64,000 nucleotides of DNA from an uncultured Bdellovibrionales bacterium (lineage in GTDB: Bacteria; Patescibacteriota; Minisyncoccia; Moranbacterales; UBA1568): contig CAZQLN010000005.1 of NCBI GenBank assembly GCA_964594215.1, positions 2,475-66,474 of the forward strand. The letters run 5' to 3'. The notes beneath the pieces are model-generated. The model was given only the letters and a program-made list of their open reading frames with translations, did no database searches and was not told where the DNA came from. Below are positions 21,542-32,100 of this stretch, piece by piece (position 1 is the first letter of the stretch; the number at the start of each line of letters is the position of its first letter). The translations under genes and the position numbers were made by a program.

Positions 21542-21670
21542 AGATGTATAGAGATGAAATAACGGGTGCGAACCAGTCCAAATGGTTCCTCCCGTTTTCT
21601 TTATCCTCTACTTTAATCCGCCCCTTCTTCCTAGTAAGTCTCTTTACGGAGGTTTCCCAGGGTGAAGGTA
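21542..21670 (+). ncRNA. Candidate structured 5' leader (AACGGGTG...CCCGTTTT motif, copy 1)
   Basis: AACGGG-tgc-GAACCA-gtccaaa-TGGTTC-ct-CCCGTT hairpin plus T-rich tail, then a second imperfect CCTTC...GAAGG stem before ATG 21688. Confidence 0.5.
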
Positions 21671-21687
21671 AAAACTAATAAAAGCAT

Positions 21688-21855
21688 ATGCAAGAAGTAA
21701 CGATGGAAACATCAACAGCCGCTCATGGCGACTGCCCACAGTGCCAAATGGCACGACTCGAAGAAGCGCAGAGTAATGAAAGTGGTCTTTCATTCCTCCT
21801 CGCCCTCCTTCCGGTCATCACTCTTACCTTCTTTGGTCAGGTCGGCCTCTTGTAA
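21688..21855 (+). CDS. 55-aa small protein with CxxC and C-terminal hydrophobic helix
   Basis: MQEVTMETSTAAHGDCPQCQMARLEEAQSNESGLSFLLALLPVITLTFFGQVGLL*; lies between a strong promoter and a terminator; below the ORF-track size cutoff. Confidence 0.7.
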   Translation: MQEVTMETSTAAHGDCPQCQMARLEEAQSNESGLSFLLALLPVITLTFFGQVGLL

Positions 21856-21872
21856 AAGCCCCTACCAAAAAC

Positions 21873-21902
21873 AAACACCTCGGACTTCCGAGGTGTTTTT
21901 TT
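21873..21902. terminator. Intrinsic terminator (probably bidirectional)
   Basis: AAACACCTCGG/CCGAGGTGTTT stem plus T-run, between convergent genes. Confidence 0.85.
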
Positions 21903-21910
21903 ATACAAAT

Positions 21911-23197
21911 CTATCTATCCTTCCAAATGCTCTGGAGAAAATGCTCCCATCCGCCACTTTCCTTTGGTACCAAGACAATGTCTAACTCACGCTGATCTTT
22001 GGAGATATCGGTTATTTCTTCGATTTCATATCCCTTCATACTAAATGTTACTCTTGGCGGTGCTGTTGGAGTAAATACCTTAAAAAATCTACCGTCCTTA
22101 CTAGTTCTTACTGATTCCATATCCGTACCAAAATCAACCAGAACATTCTCCAAAGGCATCCCCTGCTCATCAGTCACCGTGCCATACATAACTTCTGGAT
22201 GGTAATACTTGGTAATAGTTTCTACTGCCTGACGAGGTTCTCCCCCACTATTCCATATCTCCGTAGAACCACCTGTGCCCACCCAATAATTAAGCCCCTC
22301 AATCGAGGAGTTTTTCGCTAACAAGCTCAGCAGCTTCTCTATCCAGTCAGCTTGCTCTTTCTGGTTCATATGACCATGAATATCCGGAATAGGTGCTCCA
22401 AACTCACCTAACACGATCTTTCCACCGCTCTGCTCTGCGAGTAGGTTGATATCCTTCACGAGCTGTTCTGGTGTCTTCACATAATGATCTATTGTTACTA
22501 TTCCGCCCAAAGCCTTTGTAGTAGCCTTATCCATAATAAGTTTCGCCACATCTCCGTTCATAGAAAATAGATCTGTCCGTACATTCTTATGTATTTCTCT
22601 AAAGGAAGCTTGCATACCCTCATACTCTGCAATCAAAAACTGTCTGTGTCCAGAAACATCTCCTGTCCGGCGCGGATCTCCCGGTCCACCATTTTCACAT
22701 TCAGGACAAGCAGAAAAAGCGTCTCCGTCCTGGAAAAGCTCCGGATGTTTCATGATGAATTGTCTGGTCTTTTCAATATGTTCCTCCCTGGTAATAGCTG
22801 GATACTCAAACCAACCCTCCCAGCCTGACCAATTTCCCCGAAACCACACCTTGAGGTTATGTTTCCTAGCGGCCTCTACCCACCGCTTCATGATAGGAAG
22901 AAATTCTTCATCATATGGAGTGGCAATGGCTACATGTGTGGCTCCAGTAGCAGCTATTGCTCCTACTTGTTTTTCAATCACTTGATCAAAACGAGTATCA
23001 TTAAGTTTCTCTCGTGAGGGATCGCGAGAGTACTTCATGGTATCAATCGATTCAAAAGAAAAAGAATTGCGTATTGGCGGAGCAAAATAAGTGTGCTTTT
23101 GTGGTTGAATAGCCGCCTGGTTACTAAAAATCCAAGAAATACCTCCAACCAAAAGTAGCATCGCAAGAAATCCCAAAAAAAAGAGTTTGATTTTCAT
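21911..23197 (-). CDS. Secreted putative glycoside hydrolase (clan GH-A-like) with C-terminal carboxypeptidase-regulatory-like domain
   Basis: Signal/TM, CPECE acid/base-like site, DHY, IVLGEFG nucleophile-like motif, GLNYW; C-terminal GTVTDEQGMPLENVLV...SMKGY. Confidence 0.65.
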   Translation of the reverse strand: MKIKLFFLGFLAMLLLVGGISWIFSNQAAIQPQKHTYFAPPIRNSFSFESIDTMKYSRDPSREKLNDTRFDQVIEKQVGAIAATGATHVAIATPYDEEFLPIMKRWVEAARKHNLKVWFRGNWSGWEGWFEYPAITREEHIEKTRQFIMKHPELFQDGDAFSACPECENGGPGDPRRTGDVSGHRQFLIAEYEGMQASFREIHKNVRTDLFSMNGDVAKLIMDKATTKALGGIVTIDHYVKTPEQLVKDINLLAEQSGGKIVLGEFGAPIPDIHGHMNQKEQADWIEKLLSLLAKNSSIEGLNYWVGTGGSTEIWNSGGEPRQAVETITKYYHPEVMYGTVTDEQGMPLENVLVDFGTDMESVRTSKDGRFFKVFTPTAPPRVTFSMKGYEIEEITDISKDQRELDIVLVPKESGGWEHFLQSIWKDR

Positions 23198-23216
23198 AGC
23201 TTAAAAGGAAGCTTCC

Positions 23217-24797
23217 TTACCATTGTTTCGGTAGAATCGGTTCTGTAATTAAGTCTGGCAAATACTCTGCCTTAAGTTCATAGATATCAGCGAATGGATA
23301 ATGATCTACAAGTTGATAATACTGAAATCCCGGATTATCTACCATAGCTCTCCAGGTAGAATCATCATTTGAATAGCTTCGAACCACAATCCATCTTGCC
23401 CAACGATCAGGGTTAGCTAAAGCGGCATCATAGTAGGCGCCAGCTCCTTCATGAATAAACTTTTTCATTGGTAAACCAGATGAGAAGATAACTGAGTCAT
23501 GAGAGGCTGCTGAGATAAGAACGAATCCGGGTTTATCTTTAGTATTTTCTCGTAACCAGCCAGATACCTCAGTTACATTTTTCTGACTCGATCCAACGCG
23601 TGCGTCATCGATAGTCACCGCATCCGCTGATGAAAACTGAAAAAAAGTCACAAAAGCCAACAATCCAATAATAGTTACGCCCAAAGGTCTTTTGACACGC
23701 CCCACGAGATATCCAACAAAAATAGCAATGGACGGCAACATCATGATGCCGTAACGTACATTAAACCAAGTATCTCCTGAAATACCCTGAATATAGAGCA
23801 CTGAGTGACCTAAGTAGAGTGCCAATATATTGAATAGGAAAGGCGCTATAAGAGCGCTACTGGCTATGCGAGCAGGAACGGAAATTTTTTTATCTAACCA
23901 AAGGAAAATGGCTGCCACAAAGCCAAGGAACATGGTGAAAGCTCCTGTATTATAGGCCATTGCATACATATAGACTTTAAGTGAGAAGAGCCAGTTCCCC
24001 TTACTTGGGAGCACTCCAGCTGCATTAAGTTGATCTTGTTGAGCATGGGCTGAGTATGGACCAAAGGCAAAGTATAGTGGATCCTTGAAAATAAGAAGGT
24101 TCCATAGAAGCCATAACACTACTCCTAGTCCAGCCAAAGTACAGAAAAAAATAAATATCCCTTCTGCTCGATGATACCCATATTTCTTAAAAGTATAGAG
24201 AGTAATAATGCTGGCCGCAAAGAAAAGCATAAACCAAGCATCATAGCGTACCAGCGTGGCTAGCATGATAAAAAAGGCTGAATAAATAAGATACAGAGAG
24301 TTTTCAGTCTTAAACCACCTCAAAAGATAATAAGCACCGACTGTCATAGTGCCAAGAAGTGTTAATTCTGTCATAGCTGTTGACTGTAAGTACAGCGTAT
24401 TTATATTCGCTACGAATATTGCTACTCCCACGAAACGACCGAGAAGCCCTATCCCTAATTCTTTCAGAAAAAGAGCAATAACAACTCCCGTCGCCACAAA
24501 GCTGATCATAGACCACAAGGCTCCAGCAAGGCCTGAATGCCACATAAAGTCATTCCAGATAGTCACTCCCATCAGTAAATGAGTGAGTGGCAGCCATACA
24601 GAACCGAGCTGCGCTGCTCCAGGGTTAAGATTTTCCACTACACGACGACCGATATCAAGATGTGATCGAGCATCATTATAGGCTAAACCTAAACCGTTTT
24701 GATAAAAATAGATGAAGGTGCCTATAGAAATTAAAGACAATGAAAAACTTATGATCCAAGAACTGTATTCTTCTATTGTTAGAATGATATTTTTCAT
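23217..24797 (-). CDS. GT-C fold polytopic glycosyltransferase (GT39/GT83-like)
   Basis: YNDARSHL first-loop Asp, WLPL, TAMTE, LVRYDAW; many TMs and a soluble C-terminus. Confidence 0.75.
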   Translation of the reverse strand: MKNIILTIEEYSSWIISFSLSLISIGTFIYFYQNGLGLAYNDARSHLDIGRRVVENLNPGAAQLGSVWLPLTHLLMGVTIWNDFMWHSGLAGALWSMISFVATGVVIALFLKELGIGLLGRFVGVAIFVANINTLYLQSTAMTELTLLGTMTVGAYYLLRWFKTENSLYLIYSAFFIMLATLVRYDAWFMLFFAASIITLYTFKKYGYHRAEGIFIFFCTLAGLGVVLWLLWNLLIFKDPLYFAFGPYSAHAQQDQLNAAGVLPSKGNWLFSLKVYMYAMAYNTGAFTMFLGFVAAIFLWLDKKISVPARIASSALIAPFLFNILALYLGHSVLYIQGISGDTWFNVRYGIMMLPSIAIFVGYLVGRVKRPLGVTIIGLLAFVTFFQFSSADAVTIDDARVGSSQKNVTEVSGWLRENTKDKPGFVLISAASHDSVIFSSGLPMKKFIHEGAGAYYDAALANPDRWARWIVVRSYSNDDSTWRAMVDNPGFQYYQLVDHYPFADIYELKAEYLPDLITEPILPKQW

Positions 24798-24801
24798 ACG
24801 A

Positions 24802-26382
24802 CTAGACCTTATTATTGAAAAAGATCTCTCTAGCAGAAACCAGCCAAATTCCTAATACGAGAATCATGATAAGGGAGAATAAAACCTTATGGTATTCTTG
24901 AGCTGTCATATAATTCTTAGCCCAATTCTGGTACACAAAAGCCTTGGATCCCACACTTTCGTATTTTCCTTGAAGAAACTCCCAGTTACGCAAAAACGTA
25001 TACTTTTCTTCATGACCTGATTGCTCTTCAAGCGCTAATACCTGAACCTTTGGAGGATTGAGACTAGTGGTGACCGCTCCTAAACTATTAACCCAAGCAG
25101 AATAAGCAAAAAGTGGAAGGAGGGCGATGATTAACCACTTTCTCCACTCCCAGTAAGTAAGAGCCATGGCTATAGCTATTCCTAATAAAGCATAGCTTGG
25201 TATAAGATAACGCGACCCAAAAGCCCATCCGCCCCAAGGATCTCCCCACATAGAGTACAAGAGTGTATTTGTCCCAATAATCGCCACAAAAAGAGATGCA
25301 ACCCAAACGCTACGACGATACAGGACAAAAAGACCCAGAATACCAAAAAGGATTATTGGTGTGAAATAAAGAATCCCACGATCAGGACTAATAAAATGAA
25401 TAAAGAAGCCATTATATAGATTGCGTGTCTTAAAAAATCCTGTCGCTGTCTTTTGAGGCTTATCTTGGGATTGGGTACCTATTTGATCATACTTACTATC
25501 TACTATCGCCTCACCATGCTCACCTATATCATCCACTGCTTGTAAGGTTCCGGGTAATTGAAAAGGACTTCCATTGGCCATATTGTTATACCAACCCAAG
25601 AAAAGTATTGGCGGTATAACAACAGCTATCGTCAAAACAGTAAACACTAAACTTTTTAGAACTCGCTTCTGTTCATAACCTTCTATCAGTCTTTCTTTTA
25701 GGCTGAAGAGGGAAAAGATACCTACTGGAAGCATCAAGAAGATATTCGGATTATCTACAACTATCGAGATAGCACAAGAAAACCATACGATAGCCAAAGC
25801 AAAAAAACTTCTTTGGAAGCGCATCATCGCCCAAACAGAGATTAGTAAAAAGAACACTGTCATATGATGCTGATAAAGTTCTGATGCGTAGACAAAAGCC
25901 GGAGTTGCAAAAGAAAATGTCAAAGCACCTAGCAATGCCGCGCTTCTAGATGACTTAAGCTGCATTGAAATGGTATAGATGAGAACCAGATTTAAGATCG
26001 CAAAAAAGGCACTCGTAGCAAAAGCTCCTACTATAGAAACTCCAAACTCCTTCCCTATTAAATAGCCTGGTATAGCTAAAAATGATGGTCCTGGAGAAAA
26101 AAGTGAGACATACTTACCAGAAGAATTAACAGCTAAATCAGGAATCGCCAATCGAGCCACATCGAGGGAGAACTGCAATGAATGATCCTCAACAAAAGAG
26201 TAAAGGAGAGCTATCCTACCTCGCTCTGGTGATAATTCAAGTGGCCCATCCCAAGTCCAGTGCTTAGACTGAAGCGTTTTACTATCTGGATTTCCGTTTA
26301 TCCCTCGGATTGCCAAAGAGAAGATCACCACTATCAAAAATATCGATAGAACAATTAGTATTTTTTCTAATAATGACTTCAT
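24802..26382 (-). CDS. GT-C fold polytopic membrane glycosyltransferase, putative
   Basis: Multi-TM, SPDRGILYFTP, WGGWAFGSRYLIP (GxRY motif). Confidence 0.65.
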   Translation of the reverse strand: MKSLLEKILIVLSIFLIVVIFSLAIRGINGNPDSKTLQSKHWTWDGPLELSPERGRIALLYSFVEDHSLQFSLDVARLAIPDLAVNSSGKYVSLFSPGPSFLAIPGYLIGKEFGVSIVGAFATSAFFAILNLVLIYTISMQLKSSRSAALLGALTFSFATPAFVYASELYQHHMTVFFLLISVWAMMRFQRSFFALAIVWFSCAISIVVDNPNIFLMLPVGIFSLFSLKERLIEGYEQKRVLKSLVFTVLTIAVVIPPILFLGWYNNMANGSPFQLPGTLQAVDDIGEHGEAIVDSKYDQIGTQSQDKPQKTATGFFKTRNLYNGFFIHFISPDRGILYFTPIILFGILGLFVLYRRSVWVASLFVAIIGTNTLLYSMWGDPWGGWAFGSRYLIPSYALLGIAIAMALTYWEWRKWLIIALLPLFAYSAWVNSLGAVTTSLNPPKVQVLALEEQSGHEEKYTFLRNWEFLQGKYESVGSKAFVYQNWAKNYMTAQEYHKVLFSLIMILVLGIWLVSAREIFFNNKV

Positions 26383-26393
26383 ATATTTAATTC

Positions 26394-27416
26394 TTAATCT
26401 TTTAAGGATGCGCTCGATAATGATTTAACAGTATCACTAAAAGTAGCCATGTACCTCTTAATATTTGAATATGAACCTGTTCCCCTTTTTGATAAAGTCA
26501 GTTCCTGAAGAATATAGTAAGAGGAGAATGCCAAAAACTTTTTTTTCTTCTTATACGAATTAAGTTCTCTATCTAAAAGAAGTTTTAAGAAGTCATTCCC
26601 AATATTTTCTTGATAAGAAACGGCTGCCATAGCCAACTCCATACCATCCTCTGCAAAAACGCAAATTTCTGGATCAATAATAACAACTTCATTTCCTGTG
26701 AAAATAGCATTCTGCAAATGAAAATCTCTATGTGTAAGTATATAGTGAGGGAGAAAAAGTGCTCTATAAGGAAAATTTCCAAAAAAAGTTAACATGGTGA
26801 CGGTAAGACTTTTCCAAAGATTAGTCTCTTTTAAGAGAGCTAGCGAAAAATAAACTGGGAGAGAGGCTATCATAAGCCAGTTAGACCTTGAAGCAATGCT
26901 CTCTTTGTTTTTCTTGGTAAGACTATTTTTTGCAATGGAGAGAAAAGTGAAACAGTTTTTTAGATGATCTAATCTTTCAGCTTCAGAAATTTTATCTAGT
27001 GTACTACCAGATACAAACTCCCTAATCAAATAGACATCTCCATCCTCCTCGTGGAAATCCACAAATTTACAAAAGCGTACCCCATGAGATGCGTTTCCTA
27101 CTACTCTATTCGAGAATAAATGGATTATATTAGCCTCGTTTTTCAGTTGTGCATAAAGTATATTTTTTCGTTTATATTGAAAACGCTTAATGACGACCCT
27201 TTCTGTAGATGCATCTTGATATATTGATACCGTCTTCAGGTAGTCCTTACCTTCCACTCGAGAAAGAATCTTAACAAAAGTATACCCCTGTATATCCGCC
27301 CCCTCATTGAAGTAATTTTCTCCTGAATTCGAAGAAAAGTAACCACCAAATAATGACCAGTATACCTGCCAAAACTTAAAACTATTTTTCCCAAGAGGAT
27401 TAAGAGTATTTCTCAT
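26394..27416 (-). CDS. APH/kinase-like phosphotransferase
   Basis: VVIKRF, NEANI, LIREFVSG, LTHRDFHLQN, IIDPE. Confidence 0.72.
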   Translation of the reverse strand: MRNTLNPLGKNSFKFWQVYWSLFGGYFSSNSGENYFNEGADIQGYTFVKILSRVEGKDYLKTVSIYQDASTERVVIKRFQYKRKNILYAQLKNEANIIHLFSNRVVGNASHGVRFCKFVDFHEEDGDVYLIREFVSGSTLDKISEAERLDHLKNCFTFLSIAKNSLTKKNKESIASRSNWLMIASLPVYFSLALLKETNLWKSLTVTMLTFFGNFPYRALFLPHYILTHRDFHLQNAIFTGNEVVIIDPEICVFAEDGMELAMAAVSYQENIGNDFLKLLLDRELNSYKKKKKFLAFSSYYILQELTLSKRGTGSYSNIKRYMATFSDTVKSLSSASLKD

Positions 27417-28204
27417 ACTAATAGTTCTTTTACTGCTTTTCTGAAAAAAATATTAGCTGGCGAAGCAAGTCGTTGAAACTCACTAAAAACATGTGTCCTA
27501 TCCACCCCAATTCTTGGTATAGCAAGAGCCTTTGTAGATTGATCTACACGCCCATCATCCATGGAAAAGGCAAGCTGATAACCAGATCTTTCTACCATTT
27601 TTAGAACCTCTTGGTTATAACGTCCTCGAGGGTAGGCAAAATACTTGATAGCAAAACCAAGGTCTTTTTCGAGATCTTTACGCGAAAGAATGATTTCTGT
27701 GTACAATTGTTGGTTGGATAGATGCCAAAAATCACTATGAGTAGCGCTGTGACTTCCAATAGCCCAACCCTCTTTATGAAGATCCTGAATATCCTCCTTC
27801 ATGAGAAACTCTCTCCTTGTTCCTAATTCATCAATATTAGCTTTCTCTGGAGAAGAAAGAACAAAAAGTAGTGGTTTGATATTATGTGAGGCCAGATATT
27901 CTCTCACAGAAAGAATATCCTTATACCCATCATCAAAACAAATAATAAATGATGGCTTATCTATAAGCTTTTCCCCAGAAATATGTCTCGTCAGATCATC
28001 TACTGTGACTGCCTGACGGGTACTTAAAAGGTAGTCTACTTGTCGAATAAAACTCTGTTTATCTATACCAAATCTCCAATCATCTGCTGCAATACTGTGA
28101 TAGCAAAAAATAACCACTGGAAATGCCTCACTTCCAAAGACTCTGTCGAATACATATAGAGAACTATAGATACATCTTCGTATGAAAAGGGTGAGTGTGT
28201 TCAT
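27413..28204 (-). CDS. Polysaccharide deacetylase (CE4, IcaB-like)
   Basis: CYHSI, CFDDGY, GSHSATH, FAYPRG, IPRI. Confidence 0.9.
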   Translation of the reverse strand: MNTLTLFIRRCIYSSLYVFDRVFGSEAFPVVIFCYHSIAADDWRFGIDKQSFIRQVDYLLSTRQAVTVDDLTRHISGEKLIDKPSFIICFDDGYKDILSVREYLASHNIKPLLFVLSSPEKANIDELGTRREFLMKEDIQDLHKEGWAIGSHSATHSDFWHLSNQQLYTEIILSRKDLEKDLGFAIKYFAYPRGRYNQEVLKMVERSGYQLAFSMDDGRVDQSTKALAIPRIGVDRTHVFSEFQRLASPANIFFRKAVKELLV

Positions 28205-28210
28205 ATAGAT

Positions 28211-29134
28211 TTATCGTAGTTTTTTAGAGCTTGTGGCTATCTCCCAGGTTTCTGAGACCACTCCACCAAAAAATGACTGTACTCGCAGAAACATCACCAA
28301 ACAAAGGTACGTCGCCGTTGCTATGGGTTTCCATAATATGAGTGGAGTGGCTTTTAAAAAAGCTATGAAATAGACGGTATATGGAATCCTCATAGTTTGA
28401 TAGACTAGCCCTTCACCAAAAATGTCTCCAAAATTATCCCTGCCCTTGAAAAAGCGAGTGCTCTGACTCTTATGGTCATTGAAGCTGTTGGGCAGACGAT
28501 AGTATATTTCTGTATCTTGGATATAGTTATATTTATAGCCATGAAACACGCAGTAAAGATACGAGTAAGCATCCTCACCGACACTCTTCTTAAAAGTCAT
28601 TTCTTTATAGAGCTTTTTACTAAAGGCACGCGCTGAACCGTGGCAAGTATAAGCATTGTTACCATTGTTGTAGGTTTCAAAGAGTATGCTTTTAAGCTCT
28701 ACACTCGTAACCAAAATGCTCTCGAAAAAGTTCCTAGCTGGCAACGGCTTATGTTTCACAGATACTAGATCAGCCTCCTTATTCATAAGTGGCTTGATAA
28801 GTTTTTGAATAAAATCCTTATCCCTTATTTGAATATCAGCGTTCAAAAAAACCAGAGCCTCGCTTAAAGCCTTAGCCATTATCGTATTCTGCCCATGAGA
28901 AGCTCCCATTCTTTCTCGTCCAATAATCAACTCTATTCTTCCATCCAATACATCACGAACAACCCCCTCGGTAGTATCAGTACTACCATCCGAATACACA
29001 TAGATCTTTTCTAGTCTATATCCTTCTTCCTTTTGAGTGAGTAAATCATTCAGGAGATAGCCTATATTAGCTTCCTCGTTATACGCAGGAATACCTATAC
29101 TGACTGTAAATTTTGCTTGGTTACTATTTTGCAT
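28211..29134 (-). CDS. Glycosyltransferase family 2
   Basis: IPAYNEE, SDGSTD, NAD, GED. Confidence 0.9.
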   Translation of the reverse strand: MQNSNQAKFTVSIGIPAYNEEANIGYLLNDLLTQKEEGYRLEKIYVYSDGSTDTTEGVVRDVLDGRIELIIGRERMGASHGQNTIMAKALSEALVFLNADIQIRDKDFIQKLIKPLMNKEADLVSVKHKPLPARNFFESILVTSVELKSILFETYNNGNNAYTCHGSARAFSKKLYKEMTFKKSVGEDAYSYLYCVFHGYKYNYIQDTEIYYRLPNSFNDHKSQSTRFFKGRDNFGDIFGEGLVYQTMRIPYTVYFIAFLKATPLILWKPIATATYLCLVMFLRVQSFFGGVVSETWEIATSSKKLR

Positions 29135-29139
29135 ACAAT

Positions 29140-32100
29140 TTAGTATTCACTCTTAATAGCCTCCCAAAAAGCCATACTACTTTTCTCCCACGTGAAGTTT
29201 TCTGCCCACTCACGAGCATTATCCCCGAATCGCTTACGAAGATCATGATCCTTAATAACTGAGAGCATCGCCTCACTAAATCGAGCTACATCGCCATAGG
29301 GCACTAGATATCCAGCCTCTCCATCAAGCACTGAATCCCTGAGACCCGGAACATCTGATGCAATCACAGGTGTTCCACACATATTTGCCTCAATAACCAC
29401 TATGCCCCACCCCTCCATGAATGAAGGATTCACCAACATCCAAGAACTTTGTAGAAGTCTAACTTTTTCTTCATGAGATACCGCCCCCAGAAACTGCACC
29501 TGTTTATCATTAAAGCCAAGCTCTGCCGCTAAGCGTTTGAGATACTTCTTGTCATCACCATCACCAGCAATCACTAATATAGCCTCTGGTCGTGAGGATA
29601 GAACCTTATGAAAAGCCTGGATAAGAATGTTCACTGATTTGTAAGCTTTCAATCGACCAAGATAAAGAATCGTTGGATGAGTTGTCTTCTCTACAAATTC
29701 TCGAGTAAACTGAGTGGCATTAATACCCGGATGCACTATAGATATTCCCGCTTGTCCAAGATTTATATCCAACATTTCTTGTTTGCTCGATTCGGAGACA
29801 GTAATAAATTGTACATTTCTATACACTAATGGCATCAAGCCTTTTTCAAGAGTACTCGCCAACCAAGCAAGCGGTTTGGGTAAAGAATGATAGAAAACCT
29901 CTTGATGCACATGATGCATAAGACAGAAAAGTGGCTTACGCACATAGAGAGGTGTGAAGAATGGTATCCCATTCTCACAATCTATAACCACATCATACCT
30001 ATCTCTAAAACGAAGCATGTAGTAGAGAAAAGCCCAGAGATAAACAAGATAAAATCCTCCTCTACGGACAATGTTCACTCCGTCAATCGTCTCGAATCTC
30101 TCTTGTGTACCATCATTGCCGGAAAATACAGTCACATGATGACCTTCGACTACCCATGTTTTAGCAATTTCGTGAACGTACACTTCAGCTCCTCCAGCAA
30201 AACGATGGGTGGTATCCCGCCAATTAAAGATAAGTATTCTCTTGCCAGTAGTCACCAGGGGTTGGGCTTTTAGTAAGCCATTTGTGAACACTCCCAAAAA
30301 ATCCCGTAAACCTCGCCCCAAAAATCCTATTCGTATACCAAAGAAATGCATTGCTGAAAAGATAACTAGGCCAGCCAAACTAGTACCAAAAATAATATCA
30401 ATGATGTCTCTGAATTCATCGTGATCAAACCATATGCTTGTAATCACAACCAAAGAAAGTCCTAGAGAAACAAACGAAAATGAATACTCTCTTTTTGCCA
30501 AATGGTAAGTTACGAGAACACTCGAAAGTGTGAACAGGGCGATACTAAGAGTATAGAGAGGTAACCAACCTACTATCTCTCTTGCCTTCTCTCCAAAAAG
30601 AATTGGGGCTGTAACAAAACCGAAAACACCTAGAATAAGGACCCCTAAAGTAACTAAAATAAGAACGCTAGAGAAAATGGTGGATAAAATCTTCTCAGAA
30701 CCCTGTTTCAAACCATCTTTGAAGCTCACTAGAGTTACCATGAAAACCATCGGCAAAGCTCCAAGAAAATAAATCATCTTACCCGCCAATGAAAGTAAGG
30801 CGTACTGACCAGACTGAGTTTCATTGAAAAAGTGCTTCACCAGAAGAACATCTACACTAAGGAATAGAATAGTCGAAAGACTTACCGCCATTGATGAAAA
30901 GAGAAATGCAAACGGAAAAGAGACTATCTCTTCTGTGTGAACCTTGTCTTGGCTTACTTCAGGAGATATCTTCTTATACATTAACCAGACAACTACACTC
31001 CCTACACAAGCGGCTGTCATCAAAGAGAGCGGGATAGACAAATATACCCATTCAGGATGACTCGAATAGACAAAAAGAATGGCTAACAACAGCTTAGTCA
31101 CAGCCTCTGCTAACATCACTACTGCTGCCCAAAAGAACCGAAGACTCCCCTTGAGAAAACCCTGAAAAGCATAGGAGAGAAAACCAAAGATGATCACTGG
31201 TGTAAAAAATAGCAGCACCGCCATATCTTGCACCTTGAAGAAAGACATCAGGAAGGGAGCTGTAACTATCCAAATGAATGAAACTAGCGAAACTGTATAA
31301 AGTGCATACCGTAAACCCCTTTTGAAGAAAGTCCACATTGCCTCTCTCCCCTTCTGAGCAAGAAGATACGATACTCGATGATTTGTTGTTGAAGCGAAAC
31401 TGTTTACAAAAATAGTTGTTATAAACCAAAGTGTATTTACAAAAATCACCAAATTTAGCTCAGAAAATGAAAGAACTCTACCAAGAAAAGCATTGAAAAT
31501 AAAATTCAAAAAATTACCGACAACCATAGCTCCGACCAAAAACCCTTTATTAGAAAAAATAAAGTGGAGATGCTGCTTTGGTATAAAGTTTGGAGCATAG
31601 CTTATAAGAGCCTGCCTAGCGTGCACCCAACGCTGTTTCGAACTCCAGTATTTCTCCTTATCTTTAGTTTTCTCCTTGACAATATGTAGCCCGTGATTCG
31701 TTTTCTCCCAATAATGTGGCTTTACAAAAAGCTGGTATGCCGCAATAGCTGCTGCAATACTGACCATCAGCCAATACAATGGAACCACGAAAACATACTT
31801 GATAAGCCAAAAATGTCCTCTCCTCGCACAACCAATCATGTAGTAATAAAGGTACAAAAAGTTCCCAAAGATTAGCGAAACAACTGCCATGTAAAATATG
31901 ACCTGGGGGAAAAGAGCATGAATAGCATCCCCTATAAAAGCATAAAAAACAAAGTAGGAAATCGTTGTGATCCAAAGCAATGGATTAATAACCATAAAGG
32001 CAATCTTACCTCCAACCACAAGCTGAAAGACTAATGCATGCAAACCATTTTCACGGGCAAACAGAAATGGATTGCGCATGTGTACTAGATACGTTTGCAT

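Noticed and set aside
21725-21985. 86-aa ORF from the track
   Set aside because: It crosses a terminator and overlaps the convergent gene; the 21688-21855 frame fits the promoter-terminator unit better.
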